Assembly: GCA_963737905.1 (NCBI GenBank)
Contig: CAVTUQ010000014.1
Coordinates: 32,001-96,000 of the forward strand
DNA length: 64,000 nucleotides
Direction of reading: 5' to 3'
Source of the DNA: an uncultured delta proteobacterium
GTDB lineage: Bacteria > Desulfobacterota > Binatia > UBA9968
The position numbers and the translations under genes are program-made. The notes beneath the pieces are model-generated. The model was not told the DNA's origin and searched no databases. It worked only from the letters and a program-made list of their open reading frames with translations. This document shows, in pieces, positions 10,313-20,240 of the stretch; position 1 is the stretch's first letter; each line of letters starts with the position of its first letter.

Positions 10313-11335
10313 TTATTTGGCAAAGAAAATCTCTCGGAACGTGACCGTCATCAGCTTTTTGAACTCTTCCTCAGACGGATTGTCCATGAAAACCATCCGC
10401 GGCGCCACTTTTTCCGCGTCCCTGATCGGGGGGAAAATTCCCGGATACATCACGAACTCCCCTTCCTCGGCGACCAGTTTTTGACCGTCCGGCGAGCATA
10501 TGTAATCAAGATAGAGCTTCGCCGCGTTCGGGTGAGACGCCTTGGTACCGAGACTCATGTAGTTCGGATCGGTCAGATACTTGTCCATAGCGACATAGTC
10601 GACAGGGCCTTTGTACTGTTTGATGTACTTGATGTAGGTAATGCCGACCGGCGCTTCGCCCTTGATAATCGTGGTCGTGACGGGAGCCAAGGATTCAACC
10701 AGGAGAGGTCTTTGTTTGGCCAATGCTCTGACGAAGTCCAGCCATTTGTCGCCTTTGAACTTGCTCAGATTCCATAGAAACTGAGCGGTGGTCGTATGGC
10801 GGGTGGGATCGGGCATAGTTATCTTCCCAGTCCATTTGGGGCTCAAAAGATCGTCGAACGTTTTCGGGAGATCACCTGACTTCACCATATCCGTGTTGTA
10901 AAGAATGCTAATGGGCAGGACCCGCCAGGGGGTGATCATGCCGTCTTTTTCCTTAAACTGGGCCGGAAATTTTTCCGATGACGGCGGAATAAATTTCTGG
11001 AAAAGTCCCTCGTCCCTCATGATCAGCTGAACACCGCGATTGCCTTCGACCACATCAAAGCCCGGTTTACCAGCCCGCCATTCGGTCAGCGCGCGTTCCG
11101 AAACCTGCGTCGACGAACCTCGCCAATATTCGACCGTAATGCCATATTTTTTTTCAAATGCCGCATGGAGCGGTTTCATAGCCTGAGGCACCTGGGCTCC
11201 ATACACGACAACTTTGCCTTCCTGTTTCGCCGCCTCCACGTTAACGGTCTGAGCAAATACTTGTCCGGTCATTACCGAACCGGCGATAGCAAACCCGCCT
11301 AGAATAAGTATCCAACGATTGATGGCTCGATTCAC
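10313..11335 (-). CDS. ABC transporter substrate-binding protein (FbpA/AfuA-like)
   Basis: Signal peptide ending VFA-Q, AAKQEGKVVVY, YNT, DLLSPKWTGKI and HPNAAKLYLDY. GTG start with AAGGAGG RBS. Confidence 0.88.
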   Translation of the reverse strand: MNRAINRWILILGGFAIAGSVMTGQVFAQTVNVEAAKQEGKVVVYGAQVPQAMKPLHAAFEKKYGITVEYWRGSSTQVSERALTEWRAGKPGFDVVEGNRGVQLIMRDEGLFQKFIPPSSEKFPAQFKEKDGMITPWRVLPISILYNTDMVKSGDLPKTFDDLLSPKWTGKITMPDPTRHTTTAQFLWNLSKFKGDKWLDFVRALAKQRPLLVESLAPVTTTIIKGEAPVGITYIKYIKQYKGPVDYVAMDKYLTDPNYMSLGTKASHPNAAKLYLDYICSPDGQKLVAEEGEFVMYPGIFPPIRDAEKVAPRMVFMDNPSEEEFKKLMTVTFREIFFAK

Positions 11336-11421
11336 GATAACCCTCCTTACGAGTTTAAAGCACGATAACACTTATCGACGGGGCTGCATGAAGTCAAGCA
11401 AGGGTCACGCCGCCAGCTCCT

Positions 11422-12451
11422 TCATTTAGGGAGAAAGATCTGCCGAAACTCGCTCTGCAGCTTGGCCAGCTGTTCGCGGCTCGGATTGTCCATAAAGACC
11501 ATATTCGCCATCACTTTATCGGCGCCTTTGAGCGATGGGTAAATCCCCGGATGGAGCACAAACTCTCCAGTCTCGGCGACTTTCTTCTGCCCTTCCGACG
11601 AACAGAGGTATTCGATGAAAACTTTGGCCGCGTTCGGATTCGCTGCCTTCGCGCTCAAGGCTGCGTCGCTCGGATCGGCAAAGATCTTGTCGACAGGGGC
11701 AAAATCAATGGGGCCTTTCGTTTGCCCGGCATATTGAACGTAGGTGATTCCCACCAGGCTCTCGCCGCGGACAATGGCGCTCGGAACGGTGGAGTAAGAC
11801 TCCAGCAACAAAGGCTTTTGCTTGGCCAGTCCTCTGACGAATTCCAACCATTTTTCTCCTTTCACTTGGTTCTGATTCCAGAGATACTGCGCCGTACTGG
11901 CGTGGCGCGAAGGATCGGGCATGCTGATCTTCCCTTGCCATTTTGCGTCGAGTAGATCGTCGAGACTTTTTGGCACATCGGCCGCCTTGACTAACTCAGT
12001 GTTATACAAGACGCCCACCGGCGTCACGCGCCAGGCGGTAAGCTTGCCATCCGCGTCTTTGAATTTTGCCGGAAAATTGGCGGTGTTCGTAGGAACAAAT
12101 TTCGCATAGATGTTTTCCTCCTTCCCCAATAACAGAGCCCCGCGGGCGCCGATAACAAGATCAAAGCCAGGCTTGCCGGCACGCCACTCCGTGAGCACCC
12201 GGTCAATGACCTTCGTCGCGTCCGCGCGCCAATATTCGATTTTGAGCCCGTATTTTCCTTCGAATCCTTTTTCAATCAGCGTCATCACCTGCGGCACGAT
12301 CGTGCCGTAGATAACGACTTTGCCTTCCTTTTTGGCCGCATCCAAGATTCGTCGCCTGAGCCCAAGCAACCGACGCCGTGGCGACGAACGCTACAGTCGC
12401 CCACAGGGCCAGCACGGATATTTGGGGCACACGAGCTGCACTCCCAACCAT
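11422..12451 (-). CDS. ABC transporter substrate-binding protein, paralog of neighbour (N-terminal frameshift)
   Basis: AAKKEGKVVIYG...NPNAAKVFIEY. Signal peptide MVGSAARV...VAWAQ is encoded from ATG 12451 (RBS AAGGAGG) in another frame, with an indel near 12345-12355. Confidence 0.85.
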
Positions 12452-12519
12452 AGATTTACCTCCTTGTCCTTTTGTTCTACCGGTTGACTAAAAACAAACC
12501 GCCAATCATCGCTGGCTAA

Positions 12520-13506
12520 TCAGGCGCTCAATTCTTTGACCATCCGGATCACTTTTTTCCTCGCCTCTTGAGTACCCATAGGAAGCAGAATCGGCAGGTT
12601 GAGCCCACCCTTGATAAAGGATTCCAGTTGGCTTGCGGCATTCGCGCGGTCGTTCCGGCTACGGAGTGGGCATGGACGACATCATCACTGATGAATTTCT
12701 TGGCAGCGTCCCAATCGCGCTTTGCCACGGCCGCGGCGAGCGCCTCCTGGTCTACTTTACCCCTTCCCAAGCGAATATTTTCGGCATGATGCGTATTGCG
12801 AAAGATGTATGCGAGAAACATTTTGTTGGCTTCGAGGGCTTCCTATGGATTTCCGGAAACCGAGGTCGTAACGAAACCCGCCACGTCCCGATCCGCTAAA
12901 GACTTCCCCACCTTCTCTGCGCCCTTTTTGATCTCTGTAACACATTGCGCGATATAGCCCGGCGCGCAGCCCGCTGATAGTAGCACGCCGTCGCCGATCT
13001 CGCCACCAAGCTGGAACATTCTCGACCGCACCGCCGTCACGTACATTTTGATGGGCTTGACGGTACAAAGCCCATCTTCGCGCCGTTCACCCGAAACATT
13101 TCGCCCTGGAAATTAACAGTCTCTCGCCGCTCAGAAACTGCCGCAAAATCTCGACATACTCGCGCATCGTTTTCAGTGGTCGTGGCGACTCTATGCCCGC
13201 TTCCTTCAACGCCGCCGCGTTACCGGTGCCCGGGCTGGCGATGACCCGGCCCGGCGCGAACTCTTCCATGGTCGCAAGGGACATCGCAGAAATAATCGGA
13301 TGACGCGAGTATGGGCTCATCGGCGCCGGAGCGACTTTGATTCTCCTGGTCGATGCGAGCAGCGCCATGGAAGTTGTGAGCGAGTCTCGAAAGCAAAGAT
13401 GATCCGACATCCAGATCGATTCCATGCCGCTCTCATCGGCCAGCTGCGCCAGCTCGATCATCTCCTGGATCGGATAGAATCCATCAAAGCAGAGCCCGAC
13501 ACGCAT
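12520..13506 (-). CDS. LLM class oxidoreductase, broken by several frameshifts (sequencing error or pseudogene)
   Basis: Collinear fragments: MRVGLCFDG...ESIWMSDH (13087..13506), IKMYVTAVRSRMFQLGGEIGDG (12843..13046), LAYIFRNTHHAEN...HAHSVAGT (12549..12821). Inferred end ...MVKELSA* at 12520. Confidence 0.7.
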
Positions 13507-13518
13507 AACACCTCCTAC

Positions 13519-14641
13519 CTAGAATCCCTCGTGTAATATCTTCCGCATGTTCTCGGGACGAACCCCTGCCAGTCCCATCTTTTCCACGGTAAGTCCCTCT
13601 TTCCGGTAATCCGTCCGGCTCACCACCGAGGCAAGAGTGATCAGCGCGTCGATTACCGGCGTGTTTATGCCGAGTAATCTACCGATCTCCGCCATGGGCA
13701 CGAGGCCATAGCCCACGTCTTCCTTGATGTAGCGATGATCTAGCGTCTTGGGCGACTTGATCGTTCGGTTAGGCTCGCTATCATTGATGGCGCGGTAAAT
13801 CGATCCGCTTGCTCGCTTGCCTCCTCCGAAGTGAGCCCGGCTTGATAAAAGATATCGACGAAACCGGAGAGGCTTCAGACCCAAGACTGCTTGACGATCT
13901 CCAGACGTTCTTTGTCGACTTCCTCAATCCACGCCGCGATTGCCCGGGTAATCCCCTCCCGATAGTAATAGAAGTCGCCGCCGCTCTTTCTCAATCCATC
14001 CCGCGTTACCGAGCATCCCGGCCGGATGCATGATCGCATTGATATTGGCGAATCCCGTTTCAATGACGTTCGCGGCGGGGATCACATTTGGATAAATTTC
14101 CTTGAATCTCCCGCACCAGATTCCGCCGAGGTGTCTTTACCCGGAAAGGCCGCGCAGCGAAGTGGGTCGTGCGGCGATAAATTTCGACCCGTGCTGATCG
14201 AGGCATGCGGCAAATATAGGTCAGGGTAACGGTCTCACATAATTTGAATTTTCGCCTTGGCACACCCAAGCACTGCGGAGGATCTTCGCGAAATGAAGGG
14301 ACCCGCCGGTATGTCCTGGGTTGAACAGAATTCGCTGACCGTCGGTAAGAGAGCTGTGCCAGGTTCTTCGCCAGATATTCATGGGCAACAGCCGGAGCAG
14401 CGATGATAATGAGGTCGGCGCCGTTCACCACCGGCGGTAAATGCGGGCTGACCAAGAACGGCGCCGCAAAGTTCTCTACGCCGTCTTCCACGAGCTCGAT
14501 CCCACCGCGCTCGGCAATCGGATTCAACGTGCTCTCCGAGCGGGAAAAAAGCCGGATTTCAAAACCGCGAAGGGTGAGATCGGCCGCGACCGCGCAACCC
14601 CCATTGCCGGCACCGAGAACTGCGAACTTTTTTATCGACAT
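13519..14641 (-). CDS. NAD(P)-dependent opine (octopine/nopaline) dehydrogenase family, multiple frameshifts
   Basis: MSIKKFAVLGAGNGG Rossmann motif, ETVTLTY, FYYYREGIT and the C-terminal HRYIKEDVGYGLVP signature, spread over three or more frames. Confidence 0.75.
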
Positions 14642-14674
14642 GAGGTTATTCCAGGTTTTCCGTGAAGAAGCACT

Positions 14675-14760
14675 CACCGCAGAGGCACAGAGTTCGCAGA
14701 GATCGGAGAACTTTTTCAATTGAGAACTCTTTACTCCGCGTCCTCCGCGCCTCCGCGGTG
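14675..14760. repeat. 8/9-mer repeat hairpin (CACCGCAGAG... / ...CTCCGCGGTG)
   Basis: Left arm caccgcagag gcacagag ttcgcagag pairs with right arm ctccgcgtc ctccgcgc ctccgcggtg. Intergenic. Confidence 0.8.
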
Positions 14761-14808
14761 CAATCTCCGACGACTGCGATCTTTCTGATAGACATAAGAA
14801 ATGGAAAG

Positions 14809-15966
14809 TTACGAGTCGAGGCGATATTGTTTCAGCTTATCTTCATCCAATTCAATTCCGAGGCCGGGCTTCCTAGAAACTAGAATGTCGCCATCGTTAT
14901 ATCCGAATGCTTCTTTGATGATATCGTCTTGGTAGTAAATCCCCGCGATCCCTTTCGTGCCGGTGCCCTTCGGCGTGGAAACCGGGACGACACAACCGAA
15001 AGTCACCACTGCCGTTGACGCCGCAAGGTGAATGTTCGCCGCGTTGCCGACGCCGGTTTCGACGGAGCCATTGACATTGCACTTGAGCCCCGCCGCCTCG
15101 GCAACCGCGGCGACTTTTTTGGCTTTAAAAATTCCGCCGGGTTTGGTGGTGTAGATAGAGATCATATCCGCGGCTTTCTTGTGCGCAATCTCCATCACGT
15201 CTTGTGGTGTCCAGGCGCTTTCGTCAGCCATGATCGGCGTATCGACCCGTCTTGCAACCTCCGCCATCTGATCGATGCCCTCCACCGGCTGTTCCATATA
15301 GAGCAGGTCGTACTCTGCCATCGCTTTGGTCACCTGGACCGCTACTTTTGGCGTTGGATATCCCTGATTGGCATCCATGCAGATCTTGGTTTCGGAACCT
15401 AGCGCCTCGCGCATGCGCCGGACCAGTTCCACGTCCCGCCGTGGATCAACGCCGCCTTTGAGTTTGATCGTCTTGACTCCTTCGGACTTTGCTTGCAGCG
15501 CCTCTTCAACGGCTTTTTCGATCTCCATCAAGCCCAGGCTGTGAGCAATGCTAATGCGGTCTCGAAAACAGCCGCCCAAAAATTGATAGGCGGGCACTTG
15601 CATCGCTTTGCCGGCGACGTCATAAAGCGCCATATCGATGGCAGCCTTGGCATAGGGATAGCCTTTGACGCTCTTGTCCATAGAGGCGTGTATGGTTTCA
15701 AAGCGCCGCGGGTCTTGATCTTTCAATGCCGGCGCAAGAATATCATTGATGATGTGCGCCGTGGTCTGCGGCGTTTCACCGAAATACTTCCCGTGATCCC
15801 CTCCCCAGTCTTTCAAAACCGGAGCTTCACCAAGACCCACCAATCCGTCGTCCGTGTGCAACTTGATAATCACGTAAACGCCAATGGAGGTTGTCAGGCT
15901 TGCCCACTGATGCACCCGGCGGGTCGGGAGACGAATCGGTATGGTTTCGATTCTAGTGATCTTCAT
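14809..15966 (-). CDS. Enolase superfamily, muconate cycloisomerase/mandelate racemase-like enzyme
   Basis: GLGEA, AAIDMALYD, KLK, and Mg-ligand motifs DANQGY, EQP and ADES; C-terminal PGLGI. Confidence 0.9.
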   Translation of the reverse strand: MKITRIETIPIRLPTRRVHQWASLTTSIGVYVIIKLHTDDGLVGLGEAPVLKDWGGDHGKYFGETPQTTAHIINDILAPALKDQDPRRFETIHASMDKSVKGYPYAKAAIDMALYDVAGKAMQVPAYQFLGGCFRDRISIAHSLGLMEIEKAVEEALQAKSEGVKTIKLKGGVDPRRDVELVRRMREALGSETKICMDANQGYPTPKVAVQVTKAMAEYDLLYMEQPVEGIDQMAEVARRVDTPIMADESAWTPQDVMEIAHKKAADMISIYTTKPGGIFKAKKVAAVAEAAGLKCNVNGSVETGVGNAANIHLAASTAVVTFGCVVPVSTPKGTGTKGIAGIYYQDDIIKEAFGYNDGDILVSRKPGLGIELDEDKLKQYRLDS

Positions 15967-15971
15967 CTTTT

Positions 15972-15998
15972 TTCTGCGAACTTTGCGTTCTTTGCGTT
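15972..15998. repeat. 9-mer tandem repeat (single arm)
   Basis: ttctgcgaa ctttgcgtt ctttgcgtt, related to the arms at 14675..14760. Confidence 0.55.
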
Positions 15999-16025
15999 AA
16001 AGATTCTCTTCTCCCTCTTGCGTGC

Positions 16026-17139
16026 TTAGCCGACTCTCAACAATGTGTCGGTAGGCGTGTGGTCAGAGAGCAGTTCGCATCCTGTCTCGGTAACGCAAAA
16101 CATGTCTTTGTTCTGCATTCCGAATCTACCAGGGATATAAACCAGCGGTTCAAACGCCCCTACCATCCCGGCTTCGACGATCTCATCGCCATAACGACCC
16201 ATGTACGGCTCTTCGTGAAGATGCAAGCCGATGCCATGGGCAACAAAACTGATGGGCTCTAGCCCCAGCTCGCTGAACTTTTTCAGAAACGTCTGGTAAA
16301 TCTCTTTGCAACGAGCGCCCGGCTTGATCATGTCCATCACGAGATATTTGCAAGCGATCAAATTCGCCCAAATCTTCTCCTGCTCGGCGGTCGGCTGGCC
16401 GACCACGGCGGTGCGGCAAACGCCGGCCAGATAACCGCTTTTTTGGCCGAAGATCTCCATGCGGATCAGATCGCCCGCCTTCAGTTTCCGATCGGTCGGC
16501 CCGACGTTGGGAAATTGGCTGCGCTCGCCCGATGCGATGATCATGAGCTTGTAATTTTCCGCTCCTCCGGCGAAAAGCGAACTGAGCAGCAAGCCGGCGA
16601 GATCCATTTCGCTTATTCCCGCTCTTGCCTGGCTCAACGTATCGCCGATGGCCTTGTCGGTGAGCTTGCTCAACGAACGAAGCAGCGCCAGCTCGTTGAC
16701 GGTTTTGACCTGCCGCGCCTTGTTAAAAATCGCATCGGCCGCCGAACCACGTAACAGCCGGAAGATTCTTTTCCAATGCCGCGAAATCTTTGGCAGGAAG
16801 AAATTCCATCTCGATGCCGACCTTCGCCCGGTCAAGCTTGAGATCTTTCAACGCTTCGGCGAGTTTGTCCATCGGATCATCCGTGAACTCCCGATAGACG
16901 CGCAGATCGTCTATCCCGGCGTGGGCTTTGACCGTGTTGGCCTCCATATCGATGGCGACCATGGAGATTCGCCCATCTGCCGTCATGATACAGAGGGCAT
17001 GGCGCCAGCGCATCAAAGATTGTGACGGTACGACAAAGCCCGATACATACGTCACATTCTCCGGCGATACGGCAACAATGGCGTCGAGCCCCGCGTCTTG
17101 GATGCGCCGTAGAAGTCGCGCGATGATTTCTTGGTCCAC
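16026..17139 (-). CDS. M24 (Xaa-Pro peptidase/creatinase fold) protein, one frameshift near 16750
   Basis: Creatinase-like N-domain (LDAIVAVSPENVTYVSGF) in 16723..17139. Pita-bread domain (RQVKTVNEL, HGIGLHLHEEP, FEP) in 16026..16835. Confidence 0.85.
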
Positions 17140-17160
17140 AGTGATATCGCCTGCGCTCGT

Positions 17161-18276
17161 TCAAAAGCCCGCAAAGTGCTCGGCCTTTACTTTGCGTTCC
17201 GCCACCCTCTTCCCCACTCTTTGCAACTCCCCCACAAACGCCACGGAATCGAGTTGTTGCACGTTCGTGGGCTCCACGTCGTCCAGACCCAGCTCGTCCA
17301 ACCCACCGCGGGTCAGCTCGCCGTTGTAACGCACATAAGTGAAAAACTTGTGCCTAACGGGTCCCCGTTTTCCGATCATGTCACCCACTTCTCTGTCCAA
17401 AAGATCACCCGCCAAACAATTACCAAAGACTCGGCATAGAAAATCCTGTTCGTTCAGCGCCGCAAACATTAAGGCAGACGGAATCGAGGTCGCGTTGTAC
17501 AGGACGTTCATTTCGTTGGGTTGAAGATCCGCGTTGGCGTACGGGCTCGTCCCTGTTCCGACGGAAACCACCAGCATTTTGTCCTCGCCGGCGAGCCAGT
17601 TGAGATTGTAGGGCTCCACCGTAGCCATGAGGAACGCCTGGAAGGAGGGGTTATTGTACATGGTTATCCCGCCGTCAACAAAAATAAATTCTTTCTCGCC
17701 GACTTTCACCATTTCCGGCGGAAAATAAGTGGGCGCCGCCGTGCTGGCGCGAACTAACTGCCAAAGGGGAAGATTCAGATTGCAATCCGCCCGGCTACAA
17801 TCATTGTATTTCGCGCCTGGGTTGTTCGACACCGGCCAGGGAGAATCCGTGGATGCATTGCGTAATACCATCATAAGAAGGGCTTTCAGCTTGTCGCTTC
17901 CCAGAGTTGTTTCCGCGCCAAACTCAGCCTGTAGCCGGGCCGATAACTTTTCACTTTGAAACTTGTGCCGATAGTACCGATCGAGTAGAGACGCTTTGTC
18001 AAACATCTCCGTGCCGTTTTGCAGGTAGAAATTACGAATCCGATCTACCGTCATGCCCCAGGAAAGACAGGCGGCGATGATCGCTCCTGTGCTAGTGCCG
18101 GCGAAAAAGTCGAAATAGTCGGCCAGAACAAATTCTTTTCCCTGGCCCGATTTCGGCCGCAACAGTTCCTCAATCCTCGCCAATATCTCGACGGTCAACA
18201 TTCCACGGATACCGCCACCGTCCAGCGCCAGAATTTTCTTCTGACCTCCGGCTTGTATCTTCTCCGCCAGGCTCAT
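17161..18276 (-). CDS. Patatin-like phospholipase
   Basis: ILALDGGGIRG, GTSTG (catalytic Ser), RASTAAPTYFPP and FVDGG (catalytic Asp). No signal peptide. The start may instead be at 18282. Confidence 0.93.
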   Translation of the reverse strand: MSLAEKIQAGGQKKILALDGGGIRGMLTVEILARIEELLRPKSGQGKEFVLADYFDFFAGTSTGAIIAACLSWGMTVDRIRNFYLQNGTEMFDKASLLDRYYRHKFQSEKLSARLQAEFGAETTLGSDKLKALLMMVLRNASTDSPWPVSNNPGAKYNDCSRADCNLNLPLWQLVRASTAAPTYFPPEMVKVGEKEFIFVDGGITMYNNPSFQAFLMATVEPYNLNWLAGEDKMLVVSVGTGTSPYANADLQPNEMNVLYNATSIPSALMFAALNEQDFLCRVFGNCLAGDLLDREVGDMIGKRGPVRHKFFTYVRYNGELTRGGLDELGLDDVEPTNVQQLDSVAFVGELQRVGKRVAERKVKAEHFAGF

Positions 18277-18290
18277 AACCATGCTCTCCT

Positions 18291-20240
18291 TTACCAAAGA
18301 AGATTGGTGTCGAGGATGTATACTCGACCGGAGTATTTTTGCACGGTCTCATACATGTGCTCCGTGCCTCCAGGCCCATCCCCGCCTTTGCGGTTCCACA
18401 AGCAAACAAAGCGAACTTTATCGGGTCCCCAGGAGAGTGCCGTATACAGTTGCCACAGATTATCCCGGTCGTATGCATTGGCTCCTTTGGGAGTTGGGCC
18501 GAATTCATCAGGCATCACAAACAGCTTGGTGTTAGGGTTGTCCTTCACCTGATAAAAGCGATCCGTCCAATTACCTGGAGCAAAGGCCACAGATTTTTGA
18601 ATAAAAGTCGGCTCGTCAAAAGGAATGCGCAACTCCAGCTTTAACCCGCGCGCAAGGCAAGCCTCGGCAAAAAGCAAATCGCCGCCGCAGGCACCGCCGC
18701 AAAGCCCCAAATCCTCCGGCCCGGCTTTCAACGCGTCTAATTTATCCGCGATCGCTTTTGCTGCAATCGGTTCCTTGTCGGCAGGGAATCGCGGCTCTTT
18801 GCGGTCCCGTGCGTCGATCATATGCCCGCTGAAAAGAAAAACCTGCCGGGGCGTCCATCGCGATTCGGGACGTGTCACTCGCGCCAAAGCCCGGTCGACA
18901 ATTTCCAGACAACTCTGGACTTCCGCGGGCCGAAAACCAAGGTCTTTGTATAAGAGAAGCTGCTCACGAGACGAATTCAGCTTGAACCAATCCCCATCGG
19001 CGACAGCGACGGCGCTCTTCAAAGCCGCTTCAACCACTTGCTTCTGACTGGACAAGCCTTCCAACTCTGCTAGTGTAGCGCGCGCCCAATAGTCCTTGGA
19101 GTCCCGCTCTAACGCTCCCCGAACCGCCCAGCGAACTCCGCCCTCCATTTCCTTCCGCAATCCTAGCTGTTCTTCGCTGCCCGTTAGGTGAGCCCGCAGA
19201 TGCATCAGCGCCACCGCGTTGATGCCTGAGTAGTAGTGCGAGGGATTTTTACGAAATCCTGTGGTATAAACTTCAATTACCTCTTGCAGCAAAGCATCAT
19301 CAGCTGCCGCATCTTGCCGCATTTGCTCCACCGTCTTTCCTTCCGCACGCCAACCACCCATCCAACTGTCCTTCTCCACCCGACCTAAAAGCGCCCAGCT
19401 TTCCGAATCGTCAGGAATGTCCTTTGCCAAATCTTGGAGCCATTTCCTCGCCGCATCGCTCTTCTTCATCCGGCCCAACAAAAGTCCCTTTTGACGGCGA
19501 CTTTCGTGATCATTCGGAGAAAGCATCAACGCTTTCTCATATTGACCGAGTGCCAGAGCAAATTGTCCCAGAGAGCGCAGGGCATTACCCGCGCTTCGAT
19601 AGGCCTCAACGCGAAGACCAATATTCGGGGCTTCTTCCGCAAGTACCAGAATATCACCAGGACGATTTCCTTTTTTCGCAATTTCGATCCGCAGGGCCCA
19701 TAACCAGAACTGCTTCGCCCCTTCCACTTGCAACTGCATGAAATGCGGCTCTTTGAGGGAGGGCAACAGATGATAGACCGGACTGATCTTCCTTTCGTAC
19801 CAGGAATCCATCGTCTCCGTGGCAAATGCGGCGAGCGCCTTCTTGTCATCCTCCAACCGCTCGGGATCAGGGATAGCGGCCGCCGAAGGATTTTCCTTTA
19901 TCGAGTATCGCAGCGACCGGTCGGTATAGAGATCGAATGGCATGTAATCGCGCCGGCACCTGATGCCGATGACGCCGCGCGCCCGGAGAGCATGGCGCAC
20001 ACCGAGCTCGTACCAGACATTTGGGTTGTCGATGGAAAGATCGGCGACGACCAGATCGGCAAGCAGCAGCTCCTGGAACATGTCCGTGCGAATGTCTCCC
20101 GCACGCATTTCCTCGTCTGCACGGAAAACTTCAAAGCCGGCGCCTTCAAGCGCCGGCTTGATCAGATCACTGTAAACCCGGTTGAAATCGATCTGTTCTT
20201 TGGTGCCGTACGGCATCACTACAAACGCGTGGTATGCCAT
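18291..20240 (-). CDS. Deoxyribohydrolase-like + TPR (DUF4071/MAP3K TRAF-binding-like) + SLOG-like multidomain protein
   Basis: N-terminus AFVVMPYG...RADEE...ADLVVADLSIDNPNVWYELGVRHALR. TPR-like helices with LLGRVEKD, YYSGINA and DYWARATLAE. C-terminus FSGHMID...GGACGGDLLFAE...RDN...LWN...GPGGT. Confidence 0.8.
   Translation of the reverse strand: MAYHAFVVMPYGTKEQIDFNRVYSDLIKPALEGAGFEVFRADEEMRAGDIRTDMFQELLLADLVVADLSIDNPNVWYELGVRHALRARGVIGIRCRRDYMPFDLYTDRSLRYSIKENPSAAAIPDPERLEDDKKALAAFATETMDSWYERKISPVYHLLPSLKEPHFMQLQVEGAKQFWLWALRIEIAKKGNRPGDILVLAEEAPNIGLRVEAYRSAGNALRSLGQFALALGQYEKALMLSPNDHESRRQKGLLLGRMKKSDAARKWLQDLAKDIPDDSESWALLGRVEKDSWMGGWRAEGKTVEQMRQDAAADDALLQEVIEVYTTGFRKNPSHYYSGINAVALMHLRAHLTGSEEQLGLRKEMEGGVRWAVRGALERDSKDYWARATLAELEGLSSQKQVVEAALKSAVAVADGDWFKLNSSREQLLLYKDLGFRPAEVQSCLEIVDRALARVTRPESRWTPRQVFLFSGHMIDARDRKEPRFPADKEPIAAKAIADKLDALKAGPEDLGLCGGACGGDLLFAEACLARGLKLELRIPFDEPTFIQKSVAFAPGNWTDRFYQVKDNPNTKLFVMPDEFGPTPKGANAYDRDNLWQLYTALSWGPDKVRFVCLWNRKGGDGPGGTEHMYETVQKYSGRVYILDTNLLW

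Noticed and set aside
17161-18276. CBASS (CapV) or Thoeris assignment
   Set aside because: No CD-NTase, Cap2/Cap3, Sir2 or Macro gene is adjacent. The architecture differs, so it is reported as a distinct candidate.
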